Shown here: positions 13,021 to 26,290 of the stretch, in pieces
Layout of the letters: each line of letters starts with the position of its first letter
Position numbering within the stretch: position 1 is the first letter of the stretch
Program-made: the position numbers and the translations under genes
NCBI GenBank assembly: GCA_047967505.1
Contig: CM106538.1
Strand: one strand, 5' to 3'
DNA length: 64,000 nt
From: Dipteris shenzhenensis
Taxonomy: Eukaryota
The notes under the pieces: model-generated
Database searches by the model: none
What the model was told of the DNA's origin: nothing
What the model saw: the letters and a program-made list of their open reading frames with translations, nothing else

Positions 13021-13994
13021 GGGGTGTGCCCGTGCAGTGCGCGTGCATGTGTGTGTGTGTGGCCTTGGGCCTAAACCAAGCAAGCAATTAGAGACCTACA
13101 AGAATTAAGGAGAACTATAGTGATAGAAGACAAAGACTTTTTGATTACATGAATAAGGGACTTCTTCACAAAATGGAAGATATGCATTCTTCCCTACCAT
13201 TATGTTTTGATCTAGAGATTTGGAAATCATTGAGTTAAAATCAATTAGAGAATCTAAGTCATTGAAAATTCCTTTTATACTTAAGAAAACATATACGATC
13301 ACATTAAAAGAGTATAAAGCTATAATGTCTCATATGAGTGATCATATCTTGTGATCTTTAATTAGTATTTCTACAAATTTGAAAACTAAGAAATGATTCT
13401 AGGTACTTACTCGAAGTGTTTATATATGCACAGTTGTTTGAGTAAATGCCACCATGCCAATCCTTAATTGTCTTAGATGATACTATTTTCCAATACATAT
13501 GGTATGCTTTGATGAATTCATTCTACTAATTTGAAAAGAGCGAGATTTGGAGAAAAATTAAAGAAAACTAAAACCATATGATTGACTTGGATCATATAAT
13601 GATAGGAAGACATGACTTTTAAACAAGAATGAAATTTTTGACATTGAATATATGAATATTTAAGAATATCTTTAAATACTATCTCAGATATGCAAGATCA
13701 GTACTAGCTACTCCCAGGGCATTAAATTAATACTTAGAGAAATCACAGCTCTGAAGTGTGATTAGATAATGGTGTACATATATTTTTTTGGTGGCCATAG
13801 AATAATAAATGTCAAGCATTGCATTTGTTACTTCTCATGATATCATACTAGTATGAGATGGTATAGATTTTGAGGAATTATAACAATGCTTGGACCTATA
13901 TTAAAGTAATATTATCAATTAATTGATGTCATATAGTAATTCTATAGTATAGGATAATAAAACTAATAAATTCTTTTTTTGAGTTCTAGCACAA

Positions 13995-14575
13995 TGACTA
14001 GTATGGGTGATTCCATCTTAATACCTTGAATTCACTAGTGTTATAACAATTAGATGTATTGCAGATCTAGATGGTTGGTATTGTGGGTGATTCTATGTTA
14101 ATACTAATGGTTGGTATTGTGGATGATTCCATGTCTATACTAATGTCATTAGTGTGTCTAGTGTTATTACAATTAGATGTAATGTGTATCTTGATAATTG
14201 TAATTGTGTTCTAATTCATTAGTGTGGTGATTTGTCAACTGAGTTTATTACTAACATAATTGGAGGCTTGAGTACCAATGATGAATTGGATAACAGGGAA
14301 TGCAAATGGTGAAGATAATGAGGACCAAGAAAAATAGTGAATGGTTGATAAAGGCCATGTTCAATATTTTCAAATAATGTATAAATTATAAGCCATGGGC
14401 TGATTTATCTCATTAACTTTGGATGAAGACATCTTAAGCTTTAAAATATTTAAAGGGATGCTTTTTTATGTACTATTATTAGCTCTTTGATTTTTGGGAA
14501 TAACCAATTATAAAAATTCTAGATGGGATGCTAGAACCACCATTTAGAGGGGGTAGATGGGACTCATGCTACATC
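13995..14575 (+). mobile_element. Old partial LTR, same family as 2441-3310
   Basis: Shares ggttggtattgtgggtgatt..atgttaatactaatg, gatgaattggataac, atggttgataaagg and agccatgggctgatttatctcatt with 2441-3310 and 29220-29935. Confidence 0.7.
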
Positions 14576-16485
14576 CTTTTGTTTCTCTCCCTAGTTTTCT
14601 TGTACGTGGTTTCTATGTTCACGCTTTTGATAATTTATAGATTTTGGGGCATGGTCAATTTTCTATTCATATGACAATCCAATAGAGATTCTAAGCCCAA
14701 GACTCCCCTTTGGCCTAGTTACTTGGTGCTAACTCATTTGCATGGTTTCTTTTAGGTACTTTAGGAGACCCCTAATGTATAAATTATTCTCTTAGATAAA
14801 GGGTCTAATGTATGTATCCATTTCAGCTTCTAAATGTAAACCCATCTATGTAAATGTTTTAAAGGAGGCCTAAATGCCTTTTCTATACACTATGCATCAC
14901 ATGAAAAAATGATATCCCTCCTCTTAACTCATGTGCCATCATACATTTAGAAAGAGTGACTACCCTAAGCAAGGATGCATTATTTGTCCCATAATCTAAT
15001 GCTTTTGGAATTCTATAGCGAAGTAGTAGAGGCTTATTGGAGCTTGGGATTGGACATTGGTAGCAGTGCCTTGTAACATTAGACATTGGATATTGGGACT
15101 GGAGGTAGGGAGAGTACAACATCAATTAGGAGATTAGAGACTATGTGAGTACTACAAGTCGAGCATACCTTTAGGTTGGGAATTGGGCCTATGGAGAGAA
15201 GTAGCAAATTGCAAGATTTGCCCAATGTAGAAAGGGTGATAGGCAATAGCTTACGGCATGAAAACAAAGAGAATGTTTTGGAAGAGAAGAGAATTTCTTT
15301 AGGGGTCTAATTCCACCATAGGGAATAGCTCTGCTATAAGGAGTAGTTCTACCCATACTGCTAATAGGCCCTCCTCCAATTGATCCTAATGTGATAAGTT
15401 TGAAGTCTAAATTTTCCTCAAGGGTAAAAAAGAAGAAGGCCTAGATAGCACATAGCCCAATTTGAGACACGATGTGGCAAGTGAGTGGCTTCCAGACTAT
15501 GTCAGGGACATCGAGAGGGTGCAATAGCTTATAGATACATTGAGTGTCAAGGACATTATTTGGTCCAATCCCTATGGAATTGCACATTTTATAACTTAAA
15601 ATGCTTTGAAAACAACATTTTTGGTGCATTTACAAAAAGAGAAACCCCCAAATGATGTCCATAAGAAACTGAGAGAGTTTAGGTAGAAAACGTTGTTGGT
15701 GGAAGATTATGCACAAAAAATTTGAAATCCAAATGCATGATTGGATCTAGCCAGAATAATAATAGCCAAAATGTTGGTGGAATATGTATGTAAAGGGCTC
15801 CAGAATTCATAGTGCAACCCACACCATACATATCTCTTTGTGGGAACCGATGGGGGTTGCTAGGAGCCTCTTTTGTCGCTTCCACCTTCCATTGCTAAAC
15901 TTAGTTAGTTTAGAAGACTAGTCGCTAGCTCTTCCATGTTTATTTCCTTAGAATGTGCACTCAACTCATTGGTTGCCACTGAGGTTGAAACCGTCACCAT
16001 TTGTGACACATTGGAGGAAGTGGAGGATTTACCGTTTGATCCTTCTCCATCATGTTATCACCTAGGCATATCACCCTCTTACTGGATAATTCAAATGACA
16101 TGGGATAGTCATTTATACCATTGATTACCTAAGCACTATATTTTATGTACTCACATATTGGAAGCACCATTGGCTCTCCACTGGAAAAAAAGGATTTTCA
16201 AGAGTCGTATTTCTTCCACATGTTATGCCACCACCCTTTAGCATCCAATGATCTTGCATACGATTCAATTTAGAGTGCATTATTGGAATGTCATTTTTGC
16301 ATGAAGAAGTCAAAATGTCACAGCCTTGCATATGCAACAATTTTATCTTATCCTTTGCATAAGTGGCCATAAACTAACCCTTGAAATGTAGAATCTCTAT
16401 CATCACAAAAGGGGAGGACCTTAAGCTCCTACACGTATTAAAGGTTTTCATTAGATGAGCTAGAGTGAGTGTGAGACTACTGCAG

Positions 16486-16631
16486 GGTTGAGATGGCATT
16501 TTCAGCCTCAACCTTGGTTGTTTTCTACCTCCTTTTAAGGAATATTTTCTCATACACCCTTTGTTCTCTAAGACTACTATAGGGTTGAGATGGCATTTTT
16601 AGCCTCAACCTTGGTTGTTTTCTACCTCCTT
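16486..16631. repeat. Direct duplication of a ~48-bp unit containing a ggttgag/ctcaacc hairpin
   Basis: gggttgagatggcatttt.agcctcaaccttggttgttttctacctcctt at ~16486 and ~16582. Confidence 0.9.
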
Positions 16632-16775
16632 CTGAGGAATGTTTTCTCACGCACTGCATGATGTATTTCCACCTTGATCTTTTGCCCTCATCACGGGTTT
16701 TGTTCATACTTCATTGAAGTTTTTTTAAATGGAAAAAGAACAATTTCAAACAATGCATGTTAAGGTCTTGATGCT

Positions 16776-16807
<32 letters not shown>

Positions 16808-16813
<6 letters not shown>

Positions 16814-19215
16814 AATAAAGAAAGATGTATTAACGTCCACAAGAGGCCTCGCGGGCCTATGGAACAAAGTACAAAGTACACCAAAAAGGAAAACTCATAC
16901 AAGGCTCAATGGGCTAGAGCAAAGTGCACACTAGGGCCCTTGCTAAGTACTATGCTGATCTAAAGAGCTCAATAGCTCGGGGCAAAAATCAAGTACAAAT
17001 CAAATTACTAAAACTGAGAGCTAGGACTTGAAACCAAAGCCCGACACCATGGTTGCTCCTCTGTGAGCGATGAAAATATCTCAGATCTGCATATGTCGAG
17101 TTGTCTCACGTTATAGGGGCAGGGGGGGTGTGGTCTCCTTGATCTCTGAACCCATTGGGCTATGTTCAGAGTGACCCCTCATCTCGAGCAGTCTCCACTG
17201 AGGAAAGCTATGATAGGTCGGACCTCAATATAGTGTGCTCTAGTCGCTCTTTGTGTCGCGACTGGTCTCTGCTGCATCTCTCTCTCTCAATGATCCAGAC
17301 AGACTGCATATCAACTAGTTCCTTCTTCTTCCCCCCGATGTGCCCTAGAGCTTACTCAAATGCATAAAAATTTGTGACGCATTGCTAAGTCCAATCAGCC
17401 TCTATATCTTGTGATCGCCTCCTGCTGCTCTCTAATCTGTCGTGGTAGAGTCTCCTTGTGTCGGTGTATCTCAAGCAAACAGGCCCAAAGCAAACCTCAT
17501 CATGGAAGTGGATCAGTCTCGTGAGAGTGGGCTGAAGCTGCTCCCCTCTTGGTACAGGCGGTGGTATCATCCCTGGATCTCATAGTAGGCTAGGCAGGCA
17601 CAGAGAAAAAGCTCCTCTATCTCAACCACTCCCAATATGCATAGCATATAGATCCACTACTCTCTAGGTATACCTGCTACTCTCTCCGTCTCAATCCTCA
17701 ACTGACGAGGCAAAATGCGCATCTGTCCAATGGCAATCCTCAATGCATGCAAGACTTCTCTATCATCGGGATGACTTCAGGGCCAACCTCGGTAGTCTCT
17801 ATCTAGGTAAGTCACAACTCTATGGATGAATGTCACTCTTTGAAAAATTGCATCAATTTGTAGAGGTGTCATGGCGAACTCTACCTATACTATCTCATGT
17901 GTAATTGAGGGCTTACTCTGAATCATCTTGGACCTTAAAGTCACCTGTAGCCGCTCAAATCTCCTCTATTTTGTCATCAAGAGATCTCTCCCCTAGAAGG
18001 GTTATAGTGAAGATGTGATCTAGAGTAGAATGCTGCCTCCGGAATGCTGCCTATCCTAGTGCCTACTGCCCCGAAGCCTCTTATGACTGCTGAGCTCCCT
18101 CTCTAATCCTAATACATAAATTTTGGCCAAATTGTGGCCAACGATGAGGGTGCAGTAATTTCTAGTATCCATAGGGTCCCTGGCTTTGTGCACGGCACAA
18201 TAGTGGTGGTGCTCCAAGTAGGTGGGAAGCCGTGGCACACACAGACAGAGAGATGAGAGAAAGAAAAGAAAGAAAGATACATTAATGTCTGCAAGAGGCC
18301 TTGCAGACCTATGAGACAAAGTGCGAGTCCAAGAAGTACCTCATACAAGCCACTAAGGGCTGAAGCAAAGGGTTCACTAAGACCCTTGCTGAAAATTGAA
18401 AGCTGAAAAACTGAAAGCAAAAGCTAAAATGCTAACATGTTCAGCTAGTGAACAAAATACTGGAGTAGCAAAGTAACAGAAGCATGTCAAGCGCTCAAGG
18501 CTAACACTCCTAGTACATGCTCAGGTTCCATATATCAAAGTAACATGGTGGCACTCTGATGGGATGTGAGAAGCTCTTGTATCTGTGTCTATCGAGCTAC
18601 CTCGTGACATGGGGGATGGCGTGGTCTCCTCAATCTCTGGATCCAGTGGGCTACATCAAGGGTGATGCCTTGTCTCTGGCTGTCGCCTCTGAGAAGGGAT
18701 GAGATAGGCTGAACCTCGATCATGCGAAGAAGGGATGAGATAGGCTGAGCCTCCCTCGATCGTGTGTACTCTGGGCTCTCTCTATATCGTACATGGAGTG
18801 TGTGTCATTCATCTGATCGGATCCTGGTGGACAGTCCTATTACTGATCCATGATGCTCTCATCTCATCAAGCTCCTCTCCCTCAGCTACACTGGCAGCAA
18901 CTGACTCCGATGCATAGAAGTCTATGACAAAAGTCTGTGATCATGGTGACATGTGGCATCAGTCCATCCTACTCTTTGGCCTATCGCATCAATGTGTCTC
19001 TCTGTCAGCACATCTCAAGCAAGTAGAGCCCAACACAGACCTGATCATGAAAATGTATCAACCGCATGAGTGCAAAGTCATGCCCCTCTTGAAAGAGGCA
19101 GCGATATCATCCTTGGATCTCATAGTAGACTGGATAGACACATAGAAAATGCTCCTCCATCTCGATCTCCCCCATCTAGCATAGTGTGCAAGTACTTTGC
19201 TCTCTGGGTATGCCT
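16808..19215. repeat. Two diverged tandem copies of an unclassified repeat (~1.45-kb period)
   Basis: aaagaaagat..attaa.gtc..caagaggcct at ~16817 and ~18270; gtggtctcct..atctctg at ~17130 and ~18621; tggatctcatagtag at ~17574 and ~19114. Confidence 0.7.
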
Positions 19216-20129
19216 GCAAGTCTCCCTATCTCAATCGATTTGGGTTGGATTGGATGTGTCGTTGACGTGATAAGAATTTGTGAGGAGAGTAGAGCGAGTA
19301 GTGAAGAAGATGAATTTATTAGCAATTTGATAAGTATGCAAGGTGAATCGATTAGCAATTTAAGAACCGATCAATGCATGTGCCAAAAGGAGCTTTGAGT
19401 ATTTAAAGCATGCATTACTTTTTGGTTGATCCATTTCCTTGATTCCAACAAAGATAACAAACGAGAGATCCATTGGATCCAAACAAAGGAAGCAAATTGG
19501 ATTCCTAAATCTAGCATTGATTTAAAAAGCCAGCATGAAATCTTTCAGTATTATTTAGCTGAGATGGAGACCTACCTTGCAGCATTTAATTCACAAACCA
19601 CCATTGTTGGATCACCGTTGGATTACTCGAAACTTTTGTACTGAACTAATAGTATAATCTATAGAAGAATAGAGTCACATTTATAGATGGAGGTAAATGG
19701 AGCAATCATATGCATGCCTTTGTACGAAGTGCTTCATGCGCTCCACTTGATGTTGAGATGATGGTCACAAATCAGATCTCTTGTAGCCACTTGCATTCCT
19801 CTTAAACCATATCCAGTTATGAGCTCATTCACATCAGAAACTGATCGAATGATGGAGTGTAACTCCTAAAAGCAAATGCTTTCTGCTAGGCAGGCTGAGG
19901 GAAGATCCATCTTTAGATGGCGATTGGTTGGTCATGTATCTTTGCGCATGCAAAGCACGGGTCCAGTACTTGTCCATATAACTGAGGACGGCCAAATTGA
20001 TACGGTAAGAATTTAGATGCTACTTGAAGATATTTATAAATATCTATCTCTCTCTCTATACACACACACACACCGCTTCACAAGCCGTACAAAACATGTG
20101 CAGAGGGAAGGCAGTGAGAGCAAAGATGT

Positions 20130-21253
20130 TAAAGACTCACCACACCCAAGCTCACCTCTTCTCCTCCATCCTTGCCACCCACCAATGATGGACTCCCACC
20201 TTGGAGTCCGCCCTCACCCCTCTCTCCCCCCTCCTCACCCCCTCCCTCCTCTCCTCCCTTTGCACCACCTCGCACTTCCCTCCCCCCTCGCCTCCTGCTT
20301 GTTCCATTGGGCCTCCCACCAAACCCACTTCTCTCATTCCATCGCAAATGAGCCCACAATGTCTGGCTTCTCCTCCATTCCTTGAAAAGGGTACAAGTCC
20401 ACCCTTTGCCTTGATTCTTCACCTCATTGGTCAAGATCTTCGGAAGGGTTGACATGGTCGAAGAAGCAGAGAAGGCATTCTTGTCCATGAAGGATTTCCC
20501 ATGCTAGCCCGATGTTTTGTTTACAATGCACTCTTGAATGCCCTCCTCCATATCAAGGTGAAGATAATCAGTGAAGCAATGGCATCGTTGGAGCAAATGG
20601 CTTCCATGGGCTGCCAACTAGACACCTCAAATTATAACATAGTCATATCTAGCTTGCTCAAGGCAAGCTGAGGCCACATGGCTCTCTCCACATTCTCTCG
20701 AATGATGGAGCAGGTCTGTAGTCCCGACACTAGGACTTTCAATATCCTCATCGATTGGTTTGGGAAGGAGGGAAAGATAGATGAATCTCTCGAATTGTTT
20801 GAGATAATGAGAGCTATCGAGTGCCTTCTAAATGCTAATACTTATATCACAATCATATATGGTTTGCTAAAGGTAGGTCGAGGTGACATAGCCCTCTCCA
20901 TGTTCACACAAATGATGGAGGAGCACTATGGTTTGAACATTCGCACTTGCAATACTCTCTTCGCTTGGCCAGGCAATGAGCAAAAACAAATGAATCTATC
21001 CAACTATTCAAGACAATGACCGCTATGGGATGCCAGTTGAACACAGTGACTTATAACATAGTAATATTTGGCCTACTCAAGGCATCAAGCCAGGGCCACA
21101 TGGCTCTCTCCACATTCTCTCAAATGATGAAGAAGGGGTACAAACCTGATACTTGGACTTTCAATACTCTCATAGGTTGGTTTGGCAAGGATGGAAAGAC
21201 CCATGAAGCTCTTGAGCTACTAGAGAAGATGACCTCAATGGGGGCATTGTCAG
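20130..21253 (+). pseudogene. P-class pentatricopeptide repeat (PPR) pseudogene
   Basis: 35-aa repeats (YNALLNAL, YNIVISSLLKA, PDTRTFNILIDWFGKEGKIDESLELFEIM, TYNIVIFGLLKA, PDTWTFNTLIGWFGKDGKTHEALELLEKM) and an N-terminal LFHWA..Q.HFSH segment. Stops at 20450, 20505 and 20669 plus frameshifts; candidate donor CAG|GTATGT at 21254. Confidence 0.85.
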
Positions 21254-22399
21254 GTATGTTTGCTATCGTATCACCTTCATTATATTTCATACAATTTTAA
21301 ATGATTGGTAGAAAATATTGAATCTTAAGGGTGCATGTGGAATAGGTGGATCTCACAAAAACATATATTTGTATCAAGCATTGAGGGGGATAAGGGGGAC
21401 TCCATTGAAGCTATGTTCTTGCTTAAGAAGCACTTTCCCTCAAGCATTATGAAGACTTAGGTACACTTGCTTGTAGACATAGTTGATGAGGTCGCCATTG
21501 CAGCAACCATTCATAATTTTATAGACCATGTAGTATTGTTTATCACTTAGATGTAAACTTGCTTGGAATATGTCACCTAACAAACATTTATTCTACCACA
21601 TTGAAAGCTGTGCCCATCAAAAGTGTAACAAGATAATTTAATTCAGGCTTTGAATTGAAAAGGGCACAATGTGTGCACTCAAGCACCTAGAAAGAGCCAT
21701 GTTGTTTCCTCCCTCCACCAACCCAGATAAGCCACCATAGTCACCATGTCTGCATGCTGGTTCACGAGTTCCCAAAGCATTGCACTACTCACTCTAACGT
21801 GGAAAGGGTAGCATCACTGATCTTATTATTAGGTCATAAACTATAGCTTACACTTCCTTGCTATCATTTTCTCTAGCAGTTATGCAATGTAGTATGTTTG
21901 AAGTCACATATCCTTCCTCCACTATTATTGAGAAAGGAGTGTGCCATGTTACATTGACCTGCTTTGACTGAAATAGGTATTATGGTTTTCAAGTCATGTA
22001 TGCAGCAGGCATCCTATAGCTATCAATTTCCTAGAAGTTCCAGAACTCCCTCTATCATGCCATGTTTAACAACCCAATCATTGTATTGTAAAGTGAAAGT
22101 TAAAAGTAATTGAACTGCATCCTGCACGCATAATTCAAGTCAATGGACAAAAGCCATCATGCACATTCAACGGGCTAGATATCATGCTATATGTATGATT
22201 CACAGCATCTGACTAGATATTTGTATTGTCGTAGAGTCTCTAGACTAAGCTTGACTAAATGAAGGCAAGTGTTGGCTTGCTGATATGCTTTATTGGATGT
22301 CATAAAGTCTCTAGACTAAGCTTTATCACTATGTTTCCTTCTACTTTACCTCATAAAGCTGACTAATGGGACTCCATTGTGGGCCATTGGGGGCGAACT

Positions 22400-22610
22400 A
22401 TGCAATCAAAGGATTTATGCCAATGTATCCCAGTATTTTCTCTTCAAAGTTTAAGCCCCCAAACCATTGTCCAGCCTTACCATCTAGACTTAAGCCAAAA
22501 GCATTGACCTTGTCTAAATCTCTGATATCATCAAATGTCACACAAATTCTCTCAAAGCATTCAACTTGGGAGAATAGGTCTTCCTCTCTAAGGAACTTGG
22601 TGGTGCAATA
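22400..22610 (-). mobile_element. Ty3/Gypsy gag fragment
   Basis: Minus-strand translation KFLREEDLFSQVECFERICVTFDDIRDLDKVNAFGLSLDGKAGQWF fits the retrotransposon gag core. Confidence 0.65.
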
Positions 22611-24053
22611 CTAGAGGGGGTTATAGGACTATGGTTCCGACATTAGACACAAGTGGCCTTATCGGTGGTGCCCACTGATTCAATGGCACAAAGGTAGAAT
22701 TTGTGAATCCTATTCCATTGCGGACATTGGAATGGTGACATAGGGCTAGGTAGGCCTAGTCGGTTGGATTCATGGATGTTTTTATCAAAGTTATACTTAT
22801 ATAGTAATATAAAATCTTGGCAAACGTTGATTGGACTAATTTTTTTAGTTTCACAATATTAATAGACTATAGTATGATTTTATATATTTTCTTCATATTT
22901 TTGAAGCAAAAGATGGCAAAACTTCAAAAAAATTTGCATAAAAGTTTCAAACATTTGTTTTTATTATGGCATATTAACTTTCAATACCAATATAAAAGTT
23001 TCACTTCTTAACGAGACTAACATGAAAAAGTCGTCCATGGTTGGATTGGTGGTCCTCTAGGGATCGACCTATTCACCCCAAACTTAGTTCTATATGGTGG
23101 GGCCATTGGGTAGGACATGCCTCCCATGTATTGGGTCCACGACAAGAATGTTGGTGCTTCAATGGTAAATGGTCTCACAGGTAGACTTTATAAAAAAACT
23201 ATGTTGTCCACTCAGATTTAGCACTTGGAAGTCTTGTGGCAATCGTGAACCAAATTCACTTCCAAATGATTGGCTATCATCATAAAGTGGGTACACTAGG
23301 TTGGATTTCTCATAAATCCGATGGGATCTAGTTCCCTAAATATGGATTCCGATATCACACATGGGGTGCAAATTGGTGGTTGTTGGGGCTCTTCTTGATC
23401 CCTACTCTATCGAGCAAACCGGTTTACCATGTTTGGAAATGCTAATAGTCCAAACCTTCCCATCATAGTGGCAAAGGTGCCCCTTATTCGGGCTACTACT
23501 GAAGGAGTAGGGGACCTAGGTGGTATTGAGCTTGAGTTAGGGCCTCTGAGGCTCTCATGTTGGACGGCTCACCCATGTCCCTATATATGCTCATTGATTG
23601 CTAGATGTGTACTCTTGGGTTGGTACATGCACAAAATAGGTGCTAAGGACTAACACTCTAGAATGGACAGATGCAAAACTAGGTAGATAAGTGGATATAA
23701 TATTGTTGGAAGTGCTATCTTTGGGTTCAAGTTATGTTCCAAGGATCCTACTAGACCTTAGGTGCATGCAAGAGGGTTGATATGATGGTTGTCCACCACC
23801 ACGGATGCTATGTTAATGTTATTTCAACATACGTTGTGTTATGGTATTGCCCCAATGTCGCATTACATTAGCGATTGCACCAGTGCTATGTTAAGTATAT
23901 TGAAACATGTGTTGACTTTTTATTACAAAATGAATTGAACTTTTATTGCATCCTGGGTAGGTGACTGACAAGATTAAATGCCAACTCGTAGCTAGTGGGA
24001 TCTATCAAAGTTAGATGAGATAATATAATGTGGCACTGTGTTATAATGCAACA

Positions 24054-24123
24054 TGACATCACATTAGCGTTATAGCCATGCGGCATCGTGACATCACTTT
24101 AGCGTTATAGCCATGTGGCATCG
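24054..24123. repeat. 35-bp tandem duplication
   Basis: tgacatcac(a/t)ttagcgttatagccatg(c/t)ggcatcg x2. Confidence 0.9.
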
Positions 24124-25934
24124 TGCTAAACTTATGCAACATCTCTAACCCACGTAGTTCATCGATGGAAGTTTGATGATTTTCAGTTTTTTGTCGAGGG
24201 TTTATGAGCTTTGAGGGGCCCTATACTACCTATTCTATCCATTGCATATCAAAAAATACAAAAATCCACATTTTGAATGAAAAATGGAATCTTTTCTATG
24301 ATGTGACAATTTTGGTCTTGATTCCAGATTTGTATCTTGAACCTAGCTCTTTGACTATAACCTACCTTTGAAGATGTGATATTTTTCCCCACATCAACCT
24401 TCCAATGCTTTTGAAGAGGGGTTGGTACAAGGTATTATGATCCATATGCTAAGTTTTCTCCCAATCATCAACAACAAAACACATCCATTGAGGCTTTGGT
24501 GTACTTGATCTAGAATGATTCTTTTCAAAGAAGAAATAAATATCCCTTATCCTCATGCACTTTGTTCAACATACCAATCACACTTTATCTTCTTATTGAA
24601 CTTCACCTTTAAATGGAGTGGTGTTCTTCACATTGCCCGCATAGAACAATTCACTACCTCCTCTCTATTCCACTAGTTATTTATTGTAAGTGGTGGTTGG
24701 CTTCTCGTATTTGGTTACCTTTTTATTCATTGTTTGAGGCTTAATTTCTTGAAGCCTCTTTTCTAAATTTGATTTTGCATGGTCTCCATATTGCATACAC
24801 TCTCTTGTCTCCATCACATACCCTAGTTTGTGAGAGCATTTCGAATTGGTAAAATATTTTCTTCCCTTTCTCTATATGGTCCCTTTGTCCCCATGTAGTA
24901 CCCCAACCTCTTCAAACATTGGTGTTCCTACCACAACTTCATGTACCATTCATGCAGCTAGTGGGGGCATGGGATTAGTAGTCAATTTGGCTACCTTGCA
25001 CACCAAAGTCTCTAGGATCACTCATCCCCAACCTACCTACCAACCATGTATGCATGATGATTTGCATTTTGTAGCAATGAATCTACCATGTCAGAGACAC
25101 AAAGCATCATGTAAAGTTGTCTTTGAATTACATACTTATGTAGATAACTAGCTATGATGTGTACTCTCTGCAAGATTTGTCCTTAGAGTTTGTGCTTTCT
25201 CTAATGGGCTCGTCATCACCTAAGTAAACAAGCGACACATGTGAGACTCATGCTATAAGCTACTTTAAGTTGCAAAGTAGCTAATTAATGATGAGGACAA
25301 TAGATTTGACTTGATATTGATGAGCTTAGGTTGATATCAAAAGTTGAGATCAACTGAGGAACTAATTTAAAAACAGAGTGCAACATCGCCAATTCATTAA
25401 AATAATTCCTATATCATGCAAGTCATGTAGCAATTTCTCCCTATATCACAGAAATTTGTAAAACGACACCATTATAGAGAATCTATGAGTTTAACAAATG
25501 GGATTGTTTACTGGTTCTCTAGTACCATGTTTTATTTGCCAATCTTCCAAAGGAAAAGGTACATCCTTGCAAGCTGACCATGATATATAAATGGAAGGGC
25601 ACAAGTTATTGAGGCCTTAAGGTTTTCTCCATAGCACTCATTGAATGCACCTTTTGCATTGATCAGTGTATACCCTATTGTTTCATAGGAAATTACCTTG
25701 ATCTCGACTACCTTGTTATCTCCTTCATCTATTGTTGTTCATGATATATTGAAAAAGTAGATGGTTTTTCATTCATCTCTAACGAAGAGTAACTTGATTT
25801 TATAGTGTGTAATTCTTTAATTAGAATGGACCAAGCTTGATACAAGCTTGGAGTTAGAACCAAAAACTCTAAGTGATCTTTGAATTAATTTTCTTTAAAC
25901 TAGAATTGGAGCTTTTGCTTTAGTTGTCAATCAA

Positions 25935-26120
25935 ATGAGGATTCACATGACTAAATTAGCTACAATACAATCTCAAATAGTCAAAGATGTTGCAATGGTC
26001 ATGCTTCTCAAAAGCATGCCAAAAGAGTATGATAACTTGGTAACTACTTTGAAGCATCTACCAAATCCTGTCTTCCACAAAATCATCGATTCTCTACAAG
26101 AAGAAGAAACAAAGCAAAGG
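25935..26120 (+). mobile_element. Ty1/Copia gag fragment
   Basis: VMLLKSMPKEYDNLVTTL...IIDSLQEEE, typical of Copia gag (UBN2-type). Confidence 0.7.
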
Positions 26121-26290
26121 GTCTTAACACCAAAAGGATGTCCATAGCCTATCAAGATGCACACTTGAGATTTAGGTTCTAGTTTGTGATCATGCTTGTT
26201 AGAAATGTGTACACATGCTTTTAACCAAACACTCAATCCATCATGGGCAAGGCTCCTCCCTTCTATGTATAAAATGCCCACCAACATGTA
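26121..26290 (-). mobile_element. Ty1/Copia post-integrase fragment
   Basis: CVHISNKHDHKLEPKSQVCILIGY resembles the conserved VHI...R.KLD.KS..CIFIGY motif. Confidence 0.7.
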
